DNA of 59,936 bases, filler included, from Jimgerdemannia flammicorona (Eukaryota): assembly GCA_003990765.1 (NCBI GenBank). It is 2 parts of 2 records of this genome, joined end to end, with 100 filler letters (N's around TTAATTAATTAA, not from the genome) between each part and the next. Parts side by side here need not be neighbours in the genome. Positions count along the whole stretch, not along the records: positions 1 to 29,929 come from RBNJ01000462.1; 1 more part is not named here. One strand, given 5' to 3'. Under the pieces are notes generated by a model. The model was not told the DNA's origin and searched no databases. It saw nothing but the letters and a program-made list of their open reading frames with translations. The first letter of the stretch is position 1; each line of letters begins with the position of its first letter. Shown piece by piece: positions 1-13,304 of the stretch. The position numbers and the translations under genes were made by a program.

Positions 1-1726
1 TGTAATGCTTGTTCTCGACATCTCAATGCTAAAGGATTAAAATTGTGGTAGAGATAGAAAATAAATAAATAAAAACAAATTAATCCTTTGCAATATAGAG
101 GGCCTTGGAGAACTACATTTTAGTGCTTCTTTATCTGAGTCAGAATATTAGTTTGGATGTAGAGATTACCAAACAAATCAACCTGCTTCAAATAATCCTA
201 ATTCAAGTCGATTTGAATCAGGTGAAACAGGGTTCTGACGTGATTTTCATGTTAACCTAAAAATGAGCGGGAGATAGGAGGCCAAGCATTATTTATGCAC
301 CTTGCTTTTTCCATTCTGCGCCTATTTCTTTGTCTTTTCATATTATTTTTGAAGAACCACTGCCTTAATTTGGAACTTATGATTATATTGGAATGTTACA
401 CAGTGTATTGCGAGTGTACTATAATTGCTCAAGTTTTCAGTAACTTTTATTTGAAGCAACAGATAATAGAATGGATTTCGGGGTCACATGCATGCGTCGG
501 ACACCTCGCCGCGGTCCAATTATTTATCCCTTTGCCCTTCTTTTGTCAGTGGTATGGCAATCGGTGGGGTGTTTACGATCCCTCTTACCTGATTTGGATA
601 TTCTATCCAACCATAAGCGCATTCCCGCATTTTCAGGTATCGCACTCGCCATCCTCCTAGCCTTCTCAACATCACGGTCCCGTTCATTTCGCTTCCCACA
701 GAATAACTCATTACTCGTCCTCCTTCGGCCACTACAGGATTGCAATCACAGGCTCGCTGGACATCGTACCAAGCCTTTAAAAGCATCTGCTCCATTTGTG
801 CCTCGACCAGGATTCCTTTTTCGCAATGCATCAGCTCGACGCGTCCGAGCGGAAGTCTCGTTTCTCGACTATGGGTAAATGTGGTTGCCCGGGCGATGGT
901 ACGATATGCAAAAGAGTCGTGCTCGAGGCGGGATAAGACTGTTAGTTGATCAGCTTCTGAGATGCTATTGTGGGTGTGACATTGAGCTTGATTCAGTTAC
1001 TAACGACCTCGATAGCTAAAAGACCAGGTTCTCATAAAGTCACCCCGGACTTTATCCGTAGTGTTCAAAGACTGGCACTGACATGTTTGTAGCCTGGCTT
1101 TATTTTCCTGTGCCCAGATGTTTACCAATAATGTCGACAACATCACTTGCGCGGAGGGACTCCCCGGCGCCATTTTAGTTACGTGCGGCGGTTTGTGATT
1201 CGAAGTATTTACAAACGCTCACTTGGGAGGCATATTTTTTACTCCCAACCTGCTCAGGTCCTCTTTATAATTCCTGTGTTGTTTCGCCTCTCAACGTCGA
1301 TGTTTGCCTTCATTGTCGTAAACGCGGAATTCAATCGGCGTCGAGAATTAGTTTGTGATGGCAGGGTGATGGTTCAGGCTGTAGGGGGTGCGATAAAGCT
1401 TGTTGGTGACAGGGGTTCTGAAACCGTTTTATTTATTTAGGATGAGGTTGTGAGATGGGCGGGCGCACCTCGCAAAACCATCTTGCCTTCCTTCGTTGTC
1501 CCGCCTATCCCCCTACAACTCGGTGGTTCTAATATCCTGAAAAACATCACTCGTAACCTGATAACTAACCTTGAATTCGTGCCTGTCATACGTGGAGGAA
1601 GAATTGAAGGTAACGACTGCATAACTCCGCAGAAGGCTCAACGCACATTAGCAAGATGACGGAGCAGAAGTGCATAGCGGACAGAGGGGAGTTTCGTGTT
1701 GTATAATTGTTTACACCGGAATACCA

Positions 1727-1728
<2 letters not shown>

Positions 1729-1761
<33 letters not shown>

Positions 1762-1798
1762 GTCTCTTGGACTTCGCCATTTATTACCATTCTATTAG
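1729..1798 (-). mobile_element. Extremely 5'-truncated LINE insertion (poly(A) tail plus ~40 nt of 3' end)
   Basis: A ~30-nt T run is followed by TATAGTCTCTTGGACTTCGCCATTTATTACCATTC, which resembles the 3' end of the LINE at ~14406 (TATAATTACTTAGACTTCATTATTTATTACCCATTC). It is flanked by the direct repeat CACCGGAATACCACA(TTT) at 1714-1728 and 1799-1813. Confidence 0.85.
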
Positions 1799-4700
1799 CA
1801 CCGGAATACCACATTTGTTAAGTCGCAACATTGCATTTCGTGATGGCTCGAGCATGTGCAATGTGGCATTGTTCTACTGGTTCGGCGAGCCGGTATGCGA
1901 AGCGTGATGAAATCAAAAAAAATAAAAAATAAAAATAAAATATCAATGAGTCCCTTCACACGAAGTCGGGAGCATCGAGGACGGGTTGTGGGTTTTTGGC
2001 CGGGTGTACGCATGCACGCTCTCAAAACCGCCATTCGCGATGACTACGCGAAGGGGCCATAATTAACTGGAACAACTGACCCAGGATGTGGGACGGGTGT
2101 GCGAAGACTCTCCAAGTGACAAACCTGTTATATACGTGAAAGGGATTGTGCGTGGCCTGGGACACTGTTATTGGGGTGAGACAGGTGGATCGGTGAAATG
2201 TAATGAGCTTGGAAAATGAGGTGGAACAGGTTCTTTAGAGTGGCTGAGACAAAACAGAGCGAGCGAAACGGGCCAAACTGGGGTCACAATTATCACATTC
2301 AACATTTAATATTACAACGCACACACCCTATGCCCCAGGTTGGCGTCGGCGCATGACCCCATATTTCGGGCCCACATTTCTCGTGTGACATAATTATGTT
2401 TATTCCGGAATGCCACATTTGTCAATGGCGGAGTACGAAACGATAACCTCATAACCTTACATTCATGCATGCAAGCGGAGGAGGGCAAGCGTTGATAAAA
2501 GGCGGTTGTGTGGGCTATGATCCCCATTTCAAATCAAAAACATCAAATGATTTTTTATACTATGAATTACCCTTCACACAACCACGCCACATCATATACA
2601 TCCAAAGATGGTCATGATTCAGCCGGGTTTGGCAAGCGCCACCACGGTGGACATGTTACCTTCGCAGAGCCGGCCGAGAAACGCGCACAGCCTCATAGTG
2701 CCCGCGAGCCGTCGCCCGAATGGGGTACCTCCCAAGCCGTGACGCATATGCCAATGGTCACCGGTAGCATAGAAGCAGTCATGCTGGCATACGTGACCAT
2801 TCGAGCTGGCATCGGGGCCGCAACGTTCAAGTCATCCTTAGTTGATATCTCCACGGACGCCGAGATAAACCTAAGAGACGCACGCGGGCGCCCGAGGAAC
2901 AGCAACATATACCATAAAACGGCGCACGTGTGCCAAACTCCAGCTCCGTGTTCTATTATAGCGGGACATTCACGCCGATGCTGGATGCCAGACTACAAGC
3001 GGTTGTCCATAATGCAGCCTGCGATCCATAATGCAGCGTGTGGTTCTCGGTGCACTGAGATCACGTGCATTTATCGTGGGCTGCGGAGCACGGTCGCACG
3101 CAGTGCATCCAATCCAAGTCTGGTGCTCCGGTTTTGACGTGACGGACGCACCCTGGCTGGCGCGACGTGTCCCACCAACGCGGAGCTTCTCAGATGGGAC
3201 ATGTACAGCTGGTCGTCAAAGGAAGGACGCCTCGCGGATCGGAGTATTGCTATAAGCGACTAAAGGATATGGAGATAAACATAAAAACATTACCGGGCAC
3301 CCCTGGACCGGCGGTCGCTTGATGTTTCTCATTGCGTGGCCGGGTTTACATTGTGGGAATAGCAAAACGTTCGATACCGGCTCCACGCATTTTACGGATG
3401 CGGTATTATTTTTGCTAAACAACCTTGAAGACCGTGGTAATATCAGGGGGAGGTTAGTAGAACGGTTCGGGGATGGGCCAAATACGGTTGAGCGTCAGAC
3501 TAAAATAGCGATGGAATGTTCAGAGAATGGATGTTTTCAGGGGATCATCATGTACAAATCAATACTATAAAGCCCTTGTGTCATTTTAAAGGTGCCCAGG
3601 CTCTCATACCCCTGATCAGTGTGTTTGTTTTGGAAGCGCGGAAGTGAATCCTGGCACATTGATCAGAGGTCTGCGAGCGCGGGTGTTAAGCAAAAAAAAA
3701 AAGAAAAAAAAAAAAACGGGCGAACCTATTTTCGACCATTGCGCGGCAACAACCAGTCCGTACACAAAATATAGAAAACATCGAGACCCTTGACCAATAC
3801 TGGCCGACCTTGATGTGAGATAAATGAAGTATGTAATTTACCGAGCTTTGGTGTAGCCATGCAGTGCAGAACCATACACGCACTCTCAGCAGTGCCGCGT
3901 CGGCAGTCGAATGCTCGATTTCTTGGTTGGGAACTGGCGCGCATCGCCATATTGAACGGTACGGCGTTGGTTATTACGAGGTGCTTTCTTATTAAACAAT
4001 CGCGTGTATGCATCGAAACGCCATGTAGTGTGTACAATAAAGTTAATGGGATATGTCAATGAGAACGTGTGCGCGTCCCCACACCCAGGAAACCCCCACC
4101 CATTTCTCATATACGACCCAACCTCACACACTTTCACAGGACGCGACCGGCCATCACAATGGTAACTAGTAGGTATTTCGGATTCTCTTTTTTAATGCCA
4201 CCGAGCCAAGGGAACTTTGCAAATACATAATCACTTGTGTACGTCTCGCAGAATGGCGCAATTGCATTTTAATATTATGAAAATGCCGTCGTCATTCGCT
4301 GAACTGGGTTGTGCTGTGGGGTTTAGTTTTGTAAATGAGCTTTACATCTGGGTAGTAGTTTGCTGTTCTGTAGTGCTCTGGCTCTTGGCCACGACTAGTC
4401 AACCTCGTGGCGTTGGAAGTATGGTTAAATATCAATCATGTTTTCAAGAATGTAACACAACGGGAAAAGGAAATCGCGATCGGAAATTCATTCCAGAATT
4501 CCGACAACGATTAACAAGTTCCTTTTGAACCTTTCAATCGGCTTCTCTGGCCCACAAAGAATACAGAATTGTCGCATCTTGCTCCATACGAAGGATGTGG
4601 TGAACTTCTGGTCACACCCGAGTACATTCTTACGCCTATATGCCGGGTTGTTGCGCAGTATTGAAGTTACACTGGCTAATCAAAGATATTTAACGCCCTC

Positions 4701-7700
4701 AAAACAAAGTTTGGCATATGATATAAACAACAGTCAACACATCTCTTTATTTGAAACAGGGAACTGCGGATCAGATGGATGACAGACGTTTTGAGGCGAG
4801 CCTATGTTAAAGTTGGACATGAATCATACTGACCCAAAAGTGGCGTATTAAAAGTGGTGGTTGTTGGGGGCTATTTGCGGCGAGACCGTCGGCGACTTAT
4901 TGCGGCAGAGTGTAACATGTGAGGTAGGTTGCTTGTTGATAGTGACTGCATTCGGGAGAGTGCGCAGTAGTAGATGGAGGTGGTTTCAAACATACAACCC
5001 AAATATTTAGAGCATTGCGTGCAATGACACCGTCACGTGCTCGATCGCCGAATTCATTATTTAGGGCGAAATGTTTACACTACAATTCCTTATCTAGTAT
5101 AAAGTCTTTTGCAAGACGCGTATGTTGTATTCCGAAATTGAGCGCGATTGACGTGCAGGGAGGATGAGAAGGAATGCAAGGGCAGCGTCTGGAACAGTCA
5201 AATGTAATTCGATTAGATATACCGAGGGTCGAAAAGGACGCGCATTGTTTCATTATTTTATGCCATATGATAGTCAGCCACGATACATGATAAACAGCTT
5301 AACGATGTCTATATCGAAATTGTCCATGTATTGTATTCCAAAGAGAGAAAGTCTGCAACTATTTCATGCAACGATAGATCCTATGTGTCGCTAGCCTTTG
5401 TACCAAACTTTGTTATCTGCTTGATTACAATATACATATTTTATACGAATCCAAATCTGGATAGACAAAGCTATTTTCCCAAATTGGACCAAAATTACTG
5501 CAGGAAAGGGACCAAGTATCAAAAGTTATAATGAATAGTGTCATTCTCAAAACAAGAATCTATCAGAACTATATCAAGCCTTACTATCCATTATTAAGAA
5601 TAGCAAAATATATTTAAACAATCTCAGTTACTTCATCTATATTACTATAATTGAGAAATGATGATACTTTCAGTAAAATTCAAAAAGATTAATTATAGCT
5701 AGAACTTAACTTAATACTATCTACATATATATCAGATATTACTACTAGATAATTACTACTAGATTATAGAAAATTTATTTCTAAAAGATTTAAACCTTCA
5801 GCTATAACTATAAGAGCCTTTGTCTTAGATAAGAATGATTAGTCCTCATAAATATATCAATAAATCACTTGTAACAGTTTGCTATATAACAATAAGCTAC
5901 TGAAAATTCTAACAGAATTTCTAATGAAATTGTCAATAGAAATTACAATGGAATTTCTAAAGGAAATTTCAATATAGTAGTTATATATTATATATAGTAT
6001 AACTGTACATAGATATATTTGATATACTATATTTAGCTATAATCTCAATCTGTATAAATATCCTCTATACTGAGTATATTATAATCTCAGCTCTACTTTT
6101 ATCTCTCAAGAATAAAGAAGCATTCTTATTAAGAACCTCTAGATCTGACTTATTAATTATTTTGAGCCTGATTAACATAAAATATAAGTATAGTATTTCT
6201 ATCCAGCACAAGAACCTAAAAGTGATACTTGGACTATACTATAGAAACAGGTATTAGAATTTAGTACTTTCTTATAAAACTCAGAACTTAGGACTGATAG
6301 TTTATCTTAGATTATCTATAATATATTAATTCTATCAATATATAGTTTTATTATTATTTAGCAGTAGCAGAAGTTCTTTTATCTATAAGTAATCTCTCTT
6401 AAACATTTACTATAAATATAGACAATTCTATAAGAACTCATTCAGTATTACTAATACTGACAGTAATAATTAAAGAATATCTTCACTCTAACTACTCCTC
6501 AGAATTAAGCTGGAAAAGCTAACAAATTATTACTAAATAGATCAAAACCTATATCAATTAAGAGAAATTTGAAAAACTCAACAATGAGACTATATAGAAG
6601 TATTAAATATATTAATAATATGTATTTAGCAAAGAAGTCACCCACATCAAAGATATTAAAAAAGTGTTTGAAAAGTTAATCAGTAGCTATTTTTATAAGA
6701 AATATATATAAAAATTTATCAAAGCTTCAAGTAAATATTTTTCTCTCTAATAATAGCTATTATAAAGTCAAGACCTTTCTAAACTATAAGAGATATTATA
6801 TTAACTAGAGAAAATCTCATCTTTATCACTGAGTTCTCTATATATAAATAAAGATAATCTAATACTAAGTACTATAAACTACTAGTTTTAATGAAGCTCT
6901 TACTATATTATTTTGATCTAGAAGAGTAATTAAGAAAATATCTAAATTTAACACTGGTGGCCACAGTACTATTATAAATCTACTACTAAGAATATTAAGT
7001 CTATATAGAATTACTATAGAAGATCTAACAGCAACTTTATTAAGACTATTAATTTATAGTTTAATTATCAAATTTACTCATCTCAGTAATATTATAGAAT
7101 AATGACTACATGTTATAATACTAGTACTATTCTAAAGATAATAGTATCTGAAGAAAGATTATTACTACTCTATTACTTAGATAATAAAGATAATAAAATA
7201 ACATCTATAAATAAAAAGATAATAGCTTCAGCTAACTAAGTAATCATTCTTACTCAAGTTCTTTACTTTAGTATTAAAGTAAATAAACTTATAAAAGATC
7301 TTCAACTTATACTATTTAAAGAAAAAGTAGATCAAGTAATAGTATTTATTGAATAAGTTAATACTAACTATTATATTAATAGATGGAATAATTACTATAA
7401 TCCAGACAGCACTCTTACTAATAATAAGTACTATAAGATTAAAGATCTCTATATAACTATAGTCTTATAAGTAGAGAAAGTTACTATCTATTTTATAGAC
7501 ACAGTTGTCTATAATAGCATAATCTTCTAGTATACTCTCTTATATAGAAAACTTATGCTAAAATTGATACAAATGATGAAAGTGATTATTACTCTAACTA
7601 CAAAGTTCACCCAGCTATCACAGATCTAAAAGAGCTTATAATTCAATAATTCTACAGTTCTGCTCATATTGTTGAAGCCAGAACTAACCTAAAAAATCTC

Positions 7701-8158
7701 TAATTTTATAATGATAAAAAGAAAGACCTAGAAGCCTTACAATAAAACTAAAGACTCTTCTAAATACTATAAGAGTAGAATATAGCTAATTTAAATAGAT
7801 GGTAAATAGAACAAGAGTATTATATTTCTTTAATACTATACTAAAATAACTACATATTAGAGAAGATCTGTGAGCAAGAATAACTCTATATGAATAATGA
7901 TATCTAGTATAAGCTAGTACTAGAGTATATACTATTCTAGTAATCTAAAGACTAAGTGATAATAGAAATAACAATAAGAGAGACAAATGACAACAATTCA
8001 AGAAGAAGTACAAATTCTAGAATAACTCTCAGAAAATACAAGAAGGATATAAGAGACTATCTGATAAAGAAGTTGAAGAACTCAAGAAGAAAAGAACATA
8101 TTTTTACTATAAGAAAACTGAATATATATTCTATAACTACCCTAATAAGAAGAATAAG

Positions 8159-8540
8159 TAGTGCTCCTAATAAATCAAATTGAATTGAATTTGATTCAAA
8201 TTTAATTTAATTTGATTGAATCAAAGGTCTAATTTGATTTGATTCAAATTGAATCAAAGGTTCAATTAAATTTAAGATTTGATTCAAACTCTATTTTTTG
8301 AAATATAATATCTTGATGAAAATATATCCAAATTTAATGATCTTTAGTTTATTAGATTCTACTATATAAGTAGAATCTAATAAGCTAAAGATTGTTAAAT
8401 TTGGACATGATTTTATTAAGTTATTATATTTTGAAAAATAGGGTTTGAATCAGACTTTCTATTTGATTTAAATTCAATTTAATTTGAATGACCCTCAATT
8501 CAATTCAATTCAAATTTATTTGATTTATTTGGAAGTACTA
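8159..8540. mobile_element. Non-autonomous hAT-like MITE / foldback element
   Basis: Imperfect TIRs: TAGTGCTCCTAATAAATCAAAT versus the reverse complement of ATTTGATTTATTTGGAAGTACTA. Perfect 8-bp TSD AGAATAAG at 8151-8158 and 8541-8548. Subterminal (G/A)ATT(C/T)AA repeats and a long internal palindrome centred near 8366. Confidence 0.85.
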
Positions 8541-8650
8541 AGAATAAGACTAATATGAATAAAAAATTACCTTCTATTTTATAATAAAAGATAATTCTAA
8601 AAAAACTCCCAAGAAGATTAAAGTTAAGAGATCTTATATTGCTATCAAAA

Positions 8651-9111
8651 TGTAATAATTTCACAGTTATATTTAGTCTTAGTATATTTTTGCATCTTTT
8701 AGTTAGTCTTTTCTTATTATTTCTTAAACATTCTACTATGTTCTGCTATCATCTATCTGCTTAGAAACCTTCTCAGCATCCAGACACCACTAGAACATTC
8801 TTGTCTTTCCTTGACACTAAGTATCTTATCTTAGCTAGTCATAGAATCTTTTGGAACATTGTAGAATAGTATTAGTCAGCTTTGCTGAGAACCTATTTCT
8901 TGGCATTTCTTTCTCTTTTCAAGATCCTTCTGAATCTTTCTTTCAGATCATATATAAATATCCTTGTTCTCTGCCTGAATAAAACTCAGAATATTTCTCC
9001 CAGAAATCCTTCAAGAATACTTGAACCTTTAAGTATCTCTTTAAGCTACTTTAGACTAACTAGAACTTCCAGATTTAGCTACTTTCTCTTAAAGAAACTA
9101 GAACTGTTATA
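8651..9111 (+). mobile_element. Solo LTR of the same family as the Gypsy element at 24020-29901
   Basis: Matches the reverse complement of the LTR at 24020-24483 over its full length. Ends are TGTAA...GTTATA (decayed TG...CA). 5-bp TSD CAAAA at 8646-8650 and 9112-9116. Confidence 0.92.
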
Positions 9112-10367
9112 CAAAATCTCAGATAAAGTATATAAATTTAATATTTGCTACAATCTCTACTGAAGTACAGAAATAACTATTAAATCTAATAAGTAAGTAA
9201 TAGTCAGTATAAATATCAGTATAGAAGCCCATAAAGAAATCTATATTTATCTTATAGAAAGAAGTAGTCTGGCTAAAGATAAAAGGCTCCATATAGCTAA
9301 AGAATTGTAGATTAAGAATTTAAAGAAGAAATCAAGATCTTGCTATATAATATAAAATAAAAATCAATTGAAATTATATAGAAAATGAATCACCAAAGCC
9401 ATTGTTAAAGTTATCTATAATAATCTTAAAGAGAAAGAATAAATAAGCTATCACTCTCTAATAGAAGAGAAAAGCTTTCAGATTAACAGAAAGGTACTCT
9501 ATTAAAGCTAAGAAAAAGACCAAAATATAGAAGATCATCTATATTAAAGAACCTCAAGACTGAGAACAGAAATAATATTAGTATATTATAGATAAATATA
9601 CCTCTGCTAGATAATATCTCTATAGAATCAAGATATACTACTTTGAGTATATTGGCAAATATACTATATATATTCTTAAATCTAAGAATTATAAGTTATT
9701 TCTAAAGAAATCAAGAATATTGATAATAAAGATAGAGAAGTATAAGATTGAGAAAAAAGAAACTATCTTAGAAATAATTACTATTTGATAAGAAGACAAC
9801 TCTGAATATATTTACTTATAAGAGAAAATTGAAAAAATCTTTATCAAAGTTCTTATTAACAATAGAGCAAATAAGTACTACTTTGATAAAAAAAAAACTG
9901 CTTACAAATTTAACTGTAAAATATAAAGAAACTAAGAAAGTAATATTGTTATTTATAATAATAGAATAATCTAGAAACTCTCTAAAATATATAAGAATAT
10001 ACTCTTATAACTAGTATTATAAAACAGATCTTCTATATTGTATATCTTTCAGGATATAATCTCATCTTTAAAAAATTCTAACTTATATAGAAAAATTCTT
10101 ATATTAACTGAAAAACCAATATAATCTCTTTAGAAGATATCAAGTTATAATTAGAATATACTAAAAAGAGAGTAAAACTCAAGTATAATATTATCTCTAC
10201 TATCTAGATAAAAAAGCTAATCTGAAAATCAGATTAATATATATATATATACTATTAAGAAGTCATCAGTAGAAGATAATGATAATGAAGAAGATAGCCT
10301 CTAAAAACTACTATCTATGTAAGTAATAGAATATAACATTAAGACTACTCCTAATATATATCCTTTC

Positions 10368-10662
10368 TGATTTGAATTGAATTAAGATCTAATTTGATTC
10401 AAAGTCTAATTTGAACCTAATTTTTCAAAATTCAATAACTTGACTAAAATATACCAAAATTTAATAAATTTTAGATTATTCAATATATCTTATAATAGAG
10501 AATCTAATATAATAAAGAATATTAAATTTAGATATATTTCTATTGAGTTATTATATTTTAAATTTAATTAAACTCTAATTTAATTTAATTGAATCAAATC
10601 AGGCCTCAATTCAATTTAAATTCAATTTGATTCAAATTGATTCAATTTATTTAGAAGTACTA
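10368..10662. mobile_element. Second, left-truncated copy of the hAT-like MITE
   Basis: Same right terminus (TTTATTTAGAAGTACTA), same ATTCAA-type subterminal repeats and a similar internal GAATCTAAT segment as 8159-8540. Confidence 0.75.
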
Positions 10663-10999
10663 ACTAGAATCTCTACTTATATATCTGAGATTTAATAAAA
10701 AATTTAAAATATCTCTACTATCTCTATTAAATAAAAGCTATTTAAAGTAATATATATTTATCTAAAAGATCAGAACTACTGATTATAAGAACTTTAAAGA
10801 ACTCTTAAATAAAGCAGAATAGTTGTAAAGTTGAGCCTAAGCCTGAATAATTAAGGTATAAGAAAAGTAGAAAAAGTACTATAATTAAAAGTAAAAAAAT
10901 CAGAAGATCAAGATTGAAAATTAAGTTTTTCTTTGAAGAAATATAATCAAAATTAATTTTATTATCAAACTAAAATTCAAATAAAAAGAAGCATATTTT

Positions 11000-12350
11000 A
11001 TATATAATATTAAAGAAATAAGTATATATATATAATATAGATATATAAATATATCTTGAAAACTCTAATATATATCAATTATCTCAAGATATCTATCACT
11101 TATACAATAATCTAAAAAATTGACCAGTATCTCCAGATTCTTATTCTTAGCTCTTTTCAGACTCTATTAGTTTCTCTATTTTAGTTTTATAAAATTAATA
11201 AAAGCTACTTTCAGTAGATTTAAATATATTAGAAAAACCTCCCTTTAGTATAATAGCTACTATAAATTACTAACTATAGACTTATTATACTATTGATAAA
11301 TAGCTATATATAAGATCTCTCAGTTTCAGAATAGACCTATATTAGAAATACTACTGATATGTTCTAAAACAAATACCACTACTATAGACAGATTCTATAT
11401 AATCTGTAAACAAAATATTACAGTACTGATATAGGCTCAGTTCTCTCTAAAAATATATATAAAGGATGAATATAATTACTTACCAAAGTATCATTAGCTA
11501 TATTGAAGTTCTGTTCTCTAAAGAAAAAGAAGAACTCTTAGAATAAAACAATTTAGATATAAAAGAAGATATCTATAGTTATTAGAATAATAACTAAAAG
11601 ATAGTCTGAAATAGACTATTCTTTAGTAGAAACTAATATAATAAGCAAATACTATATATAGTATAACTAGATAATATATATAAAGAACTCTTAGTATAGT
11701 TATTTTATATAGTTATTTATATATACTATCAATTTGTATAAATAAGTAGATATACTAAATTAGAATATACTATATTCTAAGAGAATATCTATCTTCTGAG
11801 AGAATATTCATTCTTCAAGAAAACACTCATCTCTTGAGAAAATATCTATTTTTCAAAGAAATAAATGATCATATCTTTTCTAAAATAGCCTTACTATATT
11901 CTATAATTATCCAGAGAGCAATCAGATAGCAACTATACCTGTATAAAATATTCTAGAAATTCAAGTAAATAAACCTCAGTCTGAAATCTAAGTTAAAAGC
12001 AAAAGATAATTCTGCCTAATATATTTGAGGAATATATCTACCAAAAGTCACTTTATCTAGAAAAAGAATTCCAATACTTATATAGAAGAAACACTCACTC
12101 TAAAACTACTATTAAAGAGATTATAAGCTACTTCCTGATTTCACTCTGATTCTCTTGCCAAGAGCAAGTCAAGTCTATTTTGAGTTATTCTACATTTGGT
12201 CTACTTACCAGATTAAGCCTGAAAATTGCTAGGATATAACTCTGCCTATTTTGTGATAATTCTGAAATCTCTCTAAGACAAACCACTGAACATTTTGTTA
12301 CTTTTTGACAAAGTAACTGGGGGCTCAAACCAATTTGCATAGCCGCCCCA
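11000..12350 (+). mobile_element. Decayed non-LTR retrotransposon (LINE) ORF2 3' fragment
   Basis: A post-RT PKVSL...KEKRRTLRI segment resembles LINE KEKGGLGI (~11480-11545). A CLFC...TTEHF zinc-ribbon-like motif occurs at ~12243-12295. CpG-free. Left boundary uncertain. Confidence 0.5.
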
Positions 12351-12975
12351 CCTTGTAATTTGCCTATATTGAGCTGGCATATTACAGTAGTTAAAGGGGC
12401 TTGCAAGACCCGCATGGCACCCCTTCTCTTACCGTATTGTTTCCTGTTCTTGACTTCCAGCTCCGACCTCATTACCATCCCAACCACCAACCTCGAAATA
12501 ACTCTCGAGCTCGACGACTTGGACTCTTCCCCTGACTCCGACCACACCAGATCGACCTCCCCTCCTCCTTCCACACATCCCCTCGCCCTGCCGCTCCAAC
12601 CACAGGTGGTCCCATGATCGCAAGCCTAGACCGTCTCCTCGAAGACACGGACCCTTACCTCAACCCCGCCTCTAGGCTCGCCACCGACATAACAGTTCCC
12701 ACCACGGTTTTCCGTCCGAGCCGTGCTTTCGTCCTACTCGCGCGTCGTGCTTCAATAGCTACAACCGTTCCAAGATGCGTCGTCGCACATGTCTGCCCGT
12801 ATCCCGCGACACCTTTCCTTCCCCAGCCTGCAGCCTGGCGTGATTCGGTACGGACGTTCGATATCAGGCGCGCCGGCGACCTCGCGTCGTTATAAGTTCC
12901 AGTTTGACGTTCTGGAATCGGTGGAGCAGTTGGACAGGGGAGGAGAGGGAGGAAGGTTGCGCCGGTGACAGTGTG

Positions 12976-13304
12976 TCCAGTTTTTTGAGGCTCGGAAGAA
13001 CGTTTTGTGGGAACCAGAACCTCGTGCGCGAGCCGGCAAGGGAGAGATAGGGGTGGAGGTGGAGGGAGGAGGAAGGACGGGGAATGGGAGGTCAAGGTGA
13101 TATGCATTGTGTGGCATATATTGGCTTTGCTGTGTGTTGGGTGAGATTGCGGAACACGACCTCGAGTCTATTATATTCTTGTTCATACCCCTGCGCAAGA
13201 CAATTCACGAAGTCGACTACGGCAACGGCACCGTCATCGGCCTGATGGAGGCGCTCAACATCCCTGCCGCCGAAAACACTGTCGTCACGTACTGGGAGGG
13301 CGAG
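12976..13304 (+). pseudogene. VID24: Truncated, frameshifted GID4/VID24-like (vacuolar import and degradation) gene fragment
   Basis: SSFLRLGRTFCGNQNL (12976-13023), then after a frameshift RKDGEWEVKV (~13070-13099), an intron, then TIHEVDYGNGTVIGLMEALNIPAAENTVVTYWEGE followed by a GTAGGT donor. This matches my recollection of the fungal GID4 pattern FLRPG-F-G-Q...W-VKVTI--VDY...G-MEA-N-P...T--EGE. The expected following IIDF exon is absent. Upstream sequence from ~12400 may be the N-terminal part. Confidence 0.75.

Larger units (their letters stand above)
5870..10340 (+). mobile_element. Heavily decayed Ty3/Gypsy LTR retrotransposon fragment (possible LTR, gag, protease), interrupted by a MITE and a solo LTR
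   Basis: A TGTAACA...TTAACA segment at 5870-6178 is a possible LTR. There is a degenerate CCHC zinc knuckle at ~8098-8145, a protease-like KVLINNRA (=LIDSGA) at ~9846-9870 and GYNLIFKKF*L (=GYDLILGKPWL) at ~10052-10085. Essentially no CpG. Boundaries approximate. Confidence 0.6.

Noticed and set aside
295..5531. Many short overlapping ORFs (60-209 aa) at the start of the window
   Set aside because: No recognisable domains or consistent splice structure. They may include old pseudogene debris, but I cannot support a call.
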